From Oscillospiraceae bacterium (GTDB lineage Bacteria; Bacillota; Clostridia; Oscillospirales; CAG-272), in NCBI GenBank assembly GCA_003343845.1, contig QAKK01000025.1:66418-130417 (forward strand): DNA of 64,000 nt, in the 5' to 3' direction. A program made the translations under genes and the position numbers. Shown here piece by piece: positions 51,954-60,900 of the stretch. The notes beneath the pieces were generated by a model, which was not told the DNA's origin, searched no databases, and worked only from the letters and a program-made list of their open reading frames with translations. Numbering within the stretch: the stretch's first letter is position 1; the number at the start of each line of letters is the position of its first letter.

Positions 51954-54347
51954 CTACTTCTTTTTGATGTGGATGACGGCGGCGGTCATATCGTCGCGGC
52001 AGAGCGTGTGCCGCTTGGCTTCGGCAAGGATGCGCGCGGCGGCATCGGCGGCGGCGAGATCCGCGCCGCACAGGAATTCGCACAGCCAGAGCGGTTCCTC
52101 GATGTCCTCGGTCACACCGTCGCTCAGCATCACCACGGCGTCGCCGTCCTCGCAGGCAAAGGTGGTTTTTTCGGCGTCCACGTCCTCGAGGATGCCGATC
52201 GGCACGGTGCGCGACCGGATCTTGAAGATGCGTTCGCCCCGCTTGACAAACGAGGGCGCCGCGCCGCTCTTGAAGAACGTGCCCCGCCCGGTGAAGCAGT
52301 CGAGCGCAAACAGATCCACCGTGGTGAACCCCTCCTCGCGGTCGGTGCGCGCCATTGCCGAGAGCAGCTCCAGCGCGGCGGTCACATCGTTGCCGGCGGC
52401 GAGCATTTTTTCGAGGAAAAGCGCAGCTTTCGCGCTCTTTGCGGCGGCGGCGCGCCCGCTGCCCATGCCGTCGTTGACCACCGCGTAGAAGCAGCCGTTT
52501 TTCGCGTCGAAGCTGCGCACGCGATCACCGTTTTCCTCGCCGCCGCCCGCAGCGACCGTGGCGGACGAGGCATCCGCCGAGAAGGTGGGCGCGCCCGTGG
52601 CGATCATGTTGATGCCGCCGTCCGCAAACTCGAAGAGCGGCGGCTCAAACCTGCCGCCGAGCGCCGCGGTGAGCGCCTCCGTGATCGCATCCGCCGAGCA
52701 GTTCATCGCGCTGCCGCCGACGCGGAAGGCGTAGACCTTCTTCTGCCGCGTGCCGAACACGCCGAGACTGTCCGCCGAAAAGCCGATGCGCGTGAGCGCG
52801 GTCGTCACGGCGGCGCGCCCCTCGGTGTCCGGCGTGTAGGCTTCGTCTCCCCTCTTCAGCGCGTCGGTGAGCACGCGGGAGAAAACGGCATAGTCCACCG
52901 CCGAGCGGCGGCTGCCGTCCGCGGCGAGCATTTCGCGGAGCATCCTTGCGTTCTCGCGCTCGATCTCCTCCAGCATACGATCGGCAGAGGTGCAGCGCGC
53001 GCGAAATTCCGGCGGCAGGTCGGCGTGCTCAACCTTGCCGTATTTGTAGAGCTTTGCACTGATCTTACTCAGTGTATCCATGGTCACGGTGTAATCCCTT
53101 TCCCAGCATAAGCTACATGCCGCACAGCGGCGGCAGAACCGGTCACAGACCTTGTCGCAGATGTGACGGACATCGAAGATGCCGATCCGCGTCTCGCGGT
53201 CGGACAGCCCGGCAAACGCGTCGGACATCGCCTCAAAGGTGGCGGAGAGGTCGCGCAGGGTCTCGCGCTCGCTCTTTTCCCGATAGGGCAGCACTTCACC
53301 CGCGGCATCCGGCTTTGTCCGCCTGCCGGTGAAGGGCAGGAGCTTTTCCCCCGCCGCGCCGAGCGGCAGAAAGGAGAGCGCCGTGCCGATGAGGAATTCG
53401 GGCAGAACCGAGAAAAGCAGCGCCGTGCCGCCCGCGAGAAAGCAGAGCGCGGCGAACCCGACGACCCCCGCCGCCGCGGCAAGCCACACGGGGATATGCG
53501 CGCAAAGCATCGAAAACAGCAGCGCAGCCACCGCCGTTCCGGGTGATGCGGCGGGCACGGCGGCAAAGCCGAAAAGCAGCGCAAGCACGCCCGCCGCGAG
53601 GGGATCACGCCGCCGCGCGGCAAGCATCGAGAGATAGGCGGCAACCGCCGTCGCCGCCGAGAACCCGAGCGGCAGGGAAAGCGACGACAGGGCGAACACA
53701 AACGAAACGAGCAGAGCGGCGTGTCCGATCACAAAGCGGGGGCTGCTGTGCGCCGTCGCGGTGGTGTACCCGATATATAAATATGTAAGCGCGGGGCAGA
53801 TCAGCACCGCAAAGCAGACGCCGACGAGGTCGCCGATGGCAAAGCCGCCGGCAAACAGCCGCACCATGCCCGCCGTGAACGCGGCGACGGCGGCGGAGCA
53901 GACGCGCAGCGCCTCGCCCTCGCGGAAGAGGACGGCGCAGGTCTCCTTTGTGAAAAGGCGCGGGCGCACAGGGGCGGCGCGGCGGGGGTCAAACACGAGT
54001 GAAAAGATGAGCCGCAGGGTGACGAGCACGATCACGCCCGCAAGCGACGGCACATTGCCCGCAAAAAGCGCGCCGAGCAGCACGCCGACGGCGAGCGCGG
54101 GGGTGTCCCCGACCCCGGCGGCGACGGCGGCAAGCCCGAGCGGGTAGGTGGAGAGCGGCAGGCGGACGCTGCCGAGCAGGGCGGCAAAGGCGGCGGGCGC
54201 GACGGCGGCGAAAAAGCGGCGCAGGGTGCGCGCGATGCGGGCGCCGTCGCCCTCGTCCGTGCGCTCGGTGATGCGCGTCCGCAGTCCGGCAAAGAAACCG
54301 CCGATGCGGTCTGCCGCGGCGGCGGTCACAGTCTGAAAGTCCTTCAT
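51954..54347 (-). CDS. spoIIE: stage II sporulation protein E (membrane PP2C phosphatase)
   Basis: About 10 N-terminal TM helices, a central regulatory region and a C-terminal PP2C (GDRVRSFDAKNGCFYAVVNDGMGSG...MLSDGV). Confidence 0.93.
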   Translation of the reverse strand: MKDFQTVTAAAADRIGGFFAGLRTRITERTDEGDGARIARTLRRFFAAVAPAAFAALLGSVRLPLSTYPLGLAAVAAGVGDTPALAVGVLLGALFAGNVPSLAGVIVLVTLRLIFSLVFDPRRAAPVRPRLFTKETCAVLFREGEALRVCSAAVAAFTAGMVRLFAGGFAIGDLVGVCFAVLICPALTYLYIGYTTATAHSSPRFVIGHAALLVSFVFALSSLSLPLGFSAATAVAAYLSMLAARRRDPLAAGVLALLFGFAAVPAASPGTAVAALLFSMLCAHIPVWLAAAAGVVGFAALCFLAGGTALLFSVLPEFLIGTALSFLPLGAAGEKLLPFTGRRTKPDAAGEVLPYREKSERETLRDLSATFEAMSDAFAGLSDRETRIGIFDVRHICDKVCDRFCRRCAACSLCWERDYTVTMDTLSKISAKLYKYGKVEHADLPPEFRARCTSADRMLEEIERENARMLREMLAADGSRRSAVDYAVFSRVLTDALKRGDEAYTPDTEGRAAVTTALTRIGFSADSLGVFGTRQKKVYAFRVGGSAMNCSADAITEALTAALGGRFEPPLFEFADGGINMIATGAPTFSADASSATVAAGGGEENGDRVRSFDAKNGCFYAVVNDGMGSGRAAAAKSAKAALFLEKMLAAGNDVTAALELLSAMARTDREEGFTTVDLFALDCFTGRGTFFKSGAAPSFVKRGERIFKIRSRTVPIGILEDVDAEKTTFACEDGDAVVMLSDGVTEDIEEPLWLCEFLCGADLAAADAAARILAEAKRHTLCRDDMTAAVIHIKKK

Positions 54348-54650
54348 TGTATGCAGTTCCTTTCTTTTTTATGTATCTGCATTGTAGGAAATACCGGGCA
54401 AAAAAGCCGTCACATCCGCGCTGTCGGGGCGGGGAATATTTGCGGGACGGGTGGCGACGGTGCGCGGGAAATACGGGGTCGTCCTATTTCCGGGGGGAGA
54501 AAGCGCGAAAGGGGATGCGGCATGCTGAAAAAAGGCGGACGAAAATGCGGGGGGAAGGGACGATGTGCCTTTCGGCTTCCCACCGGGGAAGGCTTGGACG
54601 CGGTGTGTAGGACTTTTCCGCATAAAAATCATTTTTCTTTCAAAAACAAC

Positions 54651-54679
54651 TTGACAAATCCGTATGGACTTGTTATAAT
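54651..54679 (+). promoter_or_regulatory. sigma-A type promoter of tRNA-Thr
   Basis: TTGACA (54651-54656), 17 bp, TGtTATAAT (54674-54679). Confidence 0.65.
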
Positions 54680-54691
54680 ATACTCCGGTTC

Positions 54692-54767
54692 GCTGCTATG
54701 GCTCAGTCGGTAGAGCACATCATTGGTAATGATGAGGTCACCAGTTCGATTCTGGTTAGCAGCTCCA
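54692..54767 (+). tRNA. tRNA-Thr (anticodon GGT), CCA encoded
   Basis: GCTGCTATGGCTCAGTCGGTAGAGCACATCATTGGTAATGATGAGGTCACCAGTTCGATTCTGGTTAGCAGCTCCA, with anticodon loop TTGGTAA. Confidence 0.93.
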
Positions 54768-54798
54768 AAAAGCACTTGCATGTCGCAAGTGCTTTTTT
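54768..54798 (+). terminator. intrinsic terminator after tRNA-Thr
   Basis: AGCACTTGC-atgtc-GCAAGTGCT followed by TTTTT. Confidence 0.8.
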
Positions 54799-54861
54799 GC
54801 GTTTGCGAAACCGCTTTAACATTTGCCGAAAACAGAGCGGAAAATTTATGCGATTTGCCTG

Positions 54862-54890
54862 TTTACTTTCGTTTTTGACTTTGTTATAAT
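54862..54890 (+). promoter_or_regulatory. promoter TTTACT-17-TGtTATAAT of the giant surface protein gene
   Basis: TTTACT at 54862-54867 and TATAAT at 54885-54890. Confidence 0.55.
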
Positions 54891-54953
54891 CTAAACAAAA
54901 CAGATCTATTATTTTTGTCGGGAAACAATCTTTCGGACACCTGGGAGGTAACT

Positions 54954-57900
54954 ATGAAAAAACACCTGTGCGGACTTGCAATCATCCTTTTGATTTGTGC
55001 CGCGCTCTTTGCGCTGCCCGCCTTTGCGGCGGACGTCGCAAAAAATGAGAGCACGGGCACGCTTTACGACACGCTCGATGCAGCGCTTGAGGAATCAAAC
55101 GATGGTGACACCATCACGCTGCTGGACGACGTGGAAACCGCAGACCCTGAAGGCGAGGGCAGCTACACCTATTGGCCGCTGACCATCGAGATGAACGGCC
55201 ACGGCATCACCGGCAAACTGACCGTCACGGACGACCTGAAACTCAAGGGCGGCTGGTTTTACGGTCTGCTTGTGGTCGATATAAGCGGCGAGGAAGGCGC
55301 CCTCACAATAACTGCGCCCGATACGGCGGACTACGCCGTCAATCAGATGCTGACGGTCAACGACGGCACGGTCAACATCTCGGGCGCGAAGATCGCCGTC
55401 CGCGGCACGCTGTCCGTCTCCAGCGGCACGGCAGTCACCCTCTCGGGCACGGAGAAGGCAGTCGAACTCTTCGGCGCCGAAACCTTCGGCAACAAATTCT
55501 ACGGCACGGTCGATGCGGACGGCAACACGGACACCGCCGCTGTCTACGACGAGGCGAAGCAGACCTACACCGTCGGCGGCGTGGCGGCAAAGAAGCTCTC
55601 CAATATAAATACCGGCGAACCGGAGCCGGCGGAAAAGCCGACGCCCAACCCGGGCAAGACCACCGTTCCCGTAACGGCAGGTTCATCCGCAAGCTTCAAG
55701 GTTGCCTACACGGGCACGGAAGACCTCACGTTGGATATCCAGAAGAACGCACTGGATGACACCATCCGCGTGAGCGCCGGAAAAACCGCCGACAACATGT
55801 GGACGGTCACCGTTACGCTGGCGGACGAACCCAAGCAATCGGGCTATCTGCTCCATATCTACCCGGAGGGCGACCCGACGCGCAGCGCCACCGTCACCGT
55901 CAAGGTCTTGCCGCACAAGGCAAAGGTTGTAGAGAGCGGCAAGACGACCTACCTCGACGACCTTTCGTGCACCCTCACCGCCGACGACGGCTCCATGCAG
56001 ATCACGCTGCTTGACGACATCGAATTCGGCGCTTACAAAGACCCGCTCACCCTCCGCGGGGGCAGTCCGATCACGCTCGACCTCGGCGGGCACAGCATTG
56101 ACTATGTCTGCATCGGCGAGGATATCTATGACGAAAACTATGGAACCATCGGCTACAACAGCGCCCATGTGACTGTCGTGGGCGACGGCAGCATCGAAGA
56201 ACTCTATCATGTCGTAGGCACCGTCCGCGTGCGCGGCGGTACAATCAATCACCTGTCCTGCTCCAGCAGCTACGAGCAGGAAGGCATGTACCACGGCAAT
56301 GTTTTCATCTCGGGCGGCACGCTGATCGGCAATCTGTCTGTCTCCACCGGCAGCTACAACGTGACGGTCGAGGGCGGCACCGGTCATAAAGCCCTTATTT
56401 TCTGCGACGCCCTTGAGACGAAGATCACGGACGGCGAATTTGAGGAACTCATCCTGGTTCCCCCGACGAGCTCGGACTGCACGCTTGTCCTTTCGGGCGG
56501 CAAATTCGGCAAGATAAAAACCCAAAGCGGGACAAACGAGAAGGGACTCTATCTTGCAAAGTACCTCGCACCGGACTATTTCTTCTATACGAAGCCCGCA
56601 GGCGGCAGCGACTACACGCAGCTTGTTGACGCATCGGCGGTGACCGAGCTTACCGATGTGATCATCAAGAAGCACACGCACACCGTCGGCGCGGACGGCA
56701 AGTGCACCGAATGCGGCACGCATATTGCGGACATCCGCGTGGTCAAAGACGGCGCGGAGACCTACCTCTCCGCCGACAAGCTGCAGGACGCCATCAACAT
56801 GATGCAGACGTCGGACAGCTATGCCAACACCGTCACGCTGCTCTCCGACATCGAGCTTGGAAACGGCAGAATCACGATTAAAACCGGCAAGTTTACGCTT
56901 GACCTCGGCGGAAAGACCCTGTCCTCCGGCTATGTCGGGACCTGGCACGCACTCCTCGAAATCAAACCCGACTACGGCGTGTACACCAATGTGCATATCC
57001 AAAACGGCAGCATCGTCAACCGAATCCATGACAGCTCCGTCTATTCGGAGACGATAGCGCTCCTCCTCTCCAATAATGCCGCCGTCACCCTCTCCGATGT
57101 GACCGTATCGGGCGGCACGAATCAGAGCGGCAAGAACCCTGCTGTCACGCAGACCTTCGGCACACTGGTTGTGGAGGGCGACAGCGTGCTCGACGGCGGT
57201 CTCTTTGCCGATAAGCCGTATGCAATCACGCTGCGCGGCGGCAGCTTTACGGCGGGATATCAATCTTACGGTATGCTGACCGCAATCAAGGTCACCGCGC
57301 CGGGCGACTTCGGTTATTACAGAGACGCGGTTGACTTTCTTGCCGACGGCTGTGCCTTTGTCAAGGCGGACGATGAGACCGCCTTTGTTACAAACCTCGG
57401 CAACATCACGGAAGATGTCAAGATCATCCCGCACACGCATGACTTCTCGGCGGGCGACACCTGTGCGTGCGGCGTCTCCTATGTCGCAGAGCTTGACGGC
57501 GTGAAGTACACCTCGCTGAACAAGGCAATCGCTGCGGCAAACGGCGGCACAGTAAAGCTGCTGTGCGACGTGGACTTCGGCGCGTCCGGCACGCTCTATG
57601 CGGCGGATGCGGCTTACACGCTCGACCTTGCGGGGCACACCCTGCGCGGCAATGCCGACACGCTGGTGGCAGTCGTCAACAGCGAGGACGGGACGGCAGC
57701 CGTCTCCATCCTCGGCGGCTTCGTTGTCGGCAGCAACAGCTACACAACCATCCGTACCATCGGCGCGGATCTGACGCTGCATACCGATGTTACAAATACC
57801 AAGCCCTACGACTATGTGCCCTCGGCAGCCATCATTGCGTCAAACAGAGTGGATTCGGGCAGCCGCATCACCATCGTGGACGGCACCTACATCGGCGGCG

Positions 57901-60900
57901 TCCACTGCTACAGCAAGGATTCGACGGTGCGGATTATGCGCGGCGTCTTTGAGAGGGGCGGCAACCTCTTCTCGCTCAAAGCAAGTTACTACGATATCGA
58001 TCAGCGCAAGGAGGTTGACCTCCCGCTCGCAGCCTTCATCGCGGACGGCAGCTATGTCGTAAAGACGGCGGACAACACGAAAGCCGATCTCACGAATCTG
58101 TCCGTGATTGAGGACGCCGTCACCGTCAAGGTCTGCACTGCGCATGACTTCGGCTTGTCGATGAATACAAACGGCGTAGAATCCGTCGCCTGCAAAAACT
58201 GCGGCAAGCGCTGCACGCACCAAGCGCCCGGCGCGGACGGCAAGTGCACCGAATGCGGCTTCACACTGGAAGCGCAGGTGGGCGATACCTACTATGCATA
58301 CTTCTCCACCGCCGTCAAGGCAGCGGCAGAGGCAGGCGGAACGGTTAAACTCCTCTGCAATGTGACCGCCACCGGACCGCACAACATCGCCGCACTGCCG
58401 AGCGGCACTTACACGCTCGACCTCGCGGGGCACAAGCTCTCAGTCGGCACCGATGCGGAAAACCCGGGCGCATTCAACTGCGGCGATGACACCGTGCTCA
58501 CCGTCATCAGTTCGGACGGTGCGGGCATCCTCAATGCCGGGCTGTACATCCACGGCGACTTCAAAATCGCGGACAACCTGTCGGTCGAGGGGCTTATCAA
58601 CATCTATAAGTCGCTCGAAGTGGACAGCACCTCCTATGCCGCACCGACCTTCAACGGCGAAGTCACCGTCAAAAACGGCGGCACGCTGACGGTTCGCCAC
58701 GGCAACTTCCGCAAAAATGTCACTGTGGAAAGCGGCGGCAGGCTGAACGCTTTTGAGCGGGACGGCGGCGATGCGCGCTTCACTTTCCCGGTCAAGATCA
58801 ACGCGGGCGGCAAGCTCCGCGTCACGGGCAGCAGCAGTTTTCAGAATCTGGAGATTGCGGCAGGCGCGGATGTTCTCCTCGAGGGCGGCAGATTCAACGG
58901 CTACATCTACACAAGCGACGGCAGCCCGCTGGCGCCTTACCTCGCGGACGGCTACGCCTTTGAAAATTTCGTCACCGGTGTCATTCAGGATTCAGGTGCA
59001 AACTCGCTCACCACTGTCACGGTCGTCGGGCACACCGCGCACAACACGGTCGATGCGGACACCGGCAAGTGCGCCTGCGGCAAGCAGATGCTCGCCGTGC
59101 TCATCGCGAGAGACAACAGTGTGGTTGCGGGCTATGACAACCTCCGCGATGCGCTTGGCGAAGCACAGTTCGGCGATACGGTCCGCCTCTTCGGCAGCGC
59201 CGTCGGCGGCTTCACGCTGCACCCGCAGAGCACCCAGCCCGAGATCACGCTGGATATGAACGCGGGGCAGATCATCGACGGTCTGACGCTTGAAAATGTC
59301 AAGCTCACCGTCGTAAACGGCAGACTGCCCGCCGGCGCCGCATTTACGGTCGCAAGTGACGCATCGCTCACGCTGAACGATGTCGAGTGCGGCTGGGATG
59401 TCACGGTTTCCGGCAAACTTGCCGTCACCGATGCAGACACCGTCTGCGCGGGCACCGTCACGGTCAAGGACGGCGGCAGCGCCGCACTCTCGGGCGGCTC
59501 GTACAAGAAAATCGTGTGCGAGACCGGCAAGGTCGCGGACCTCCTTGAAGATGCTTTTGGCTACACCGAGACCGCCAATGCCGAAAGCTGGCTGGGTGGC
59601 GACGGCAAGACCATTGCAGACACCACGGTGCTGCGGATTCCGCTTCTGCTCGTCCATATCGGCAACACCAGTGTCCCCTACGGCACCGATGGCATGCTGA
59701 CGGTGCTCTATGATACGATTGATATCTCCCCCGACAGGTCGAAGGTATCCTTCCAGTGGTATACCATCTCGGGCGACACCTACACGCCGATTGCGGACGA
59801 GACCGACGATATGTATGTCCTGCGCGCCGGCACAGTGCCCGGCAAATATCATGTCGCCTGCGCCGTCACCTACAAGGGTTACACCATGCGTGCCGACGGC
59901 TTAATCGGAATCCGCAAAGCGACGCTCACAGAGGGCACGCATTACACCGCGCCCACGGCAGCATCGCTTGTCTATGACGGAAACGCGCACGCCCTGCTTG
60001 CGGCAGGCAGCATCGCGGCGAACGCCGACCTTGCAGGCTGCAAGTTTGTCTACAGCGACAGCAAAGACGGCAATTATACCGAGACGATGCCCACTGCGAC
60101 GGCTGCGGGCAACTACACAGTCTGGTATAGGGTGCAGGGCAACAACTGCTTTGAAGACTCCGCAAAGGGCAGCATTGATGTGCATATTGCTGTTGCCACA
60201 GTCACGGCAGTCAACAAAGACTACCCGTCGAACTTTACCTACGGCAAGGCAATTTCCGCGCCCACCAAGGCAAACCTGACCGTCACCGGCGACTATGACG
60301 ACGCGACGCTCAGTTATGCATGGCGCGACGCTTCGGGCAATACGCTTGCAGCAGCGCCCACCGAACTCGGCAGCTACACGCTGCACATCGAGATCGCCGC
60401 CACCGCCAACACGGGCACGGCGGTCGTCGACATCCCGATCAGCATCGTGCCGGAAACGGTTACGAAAGCCGTCACAAAATCCGTTTCGACCTACAACGGA
60501 AGTTCGCCGCGCAGCTATGAGGTCGACCTCCTCGCGCTTGTGAAAGATGCCGGACTTATTCCGGCAGGCGACACGCTAACGGTGCGCGACCAATTTGATA
60601 TTTTCTTCTTCACCGATGACGGCAGCTATTCCGCTTACGACCCCGCCACGGCGGACTACGCCGTCACCGCTGTCAAGAAGGACGGCGAACCCACCACGCT
60701 GGTGATCACCGTCTCCGGGCTTGACAGAACCCCGACCAAAATCTACTGCATGATCAACGTAAGACTGTCGAATGCGCACTACACCAACATCGTCGCGCAG
60801 ATTTCGCTCGTCGCCAAGGACAAGGAAGATAAGACGCTCTCCGTGATGATGAACGGCTGGACTTACGGGCAGTATGATGCGAATGCCAACAAGCCGGTCT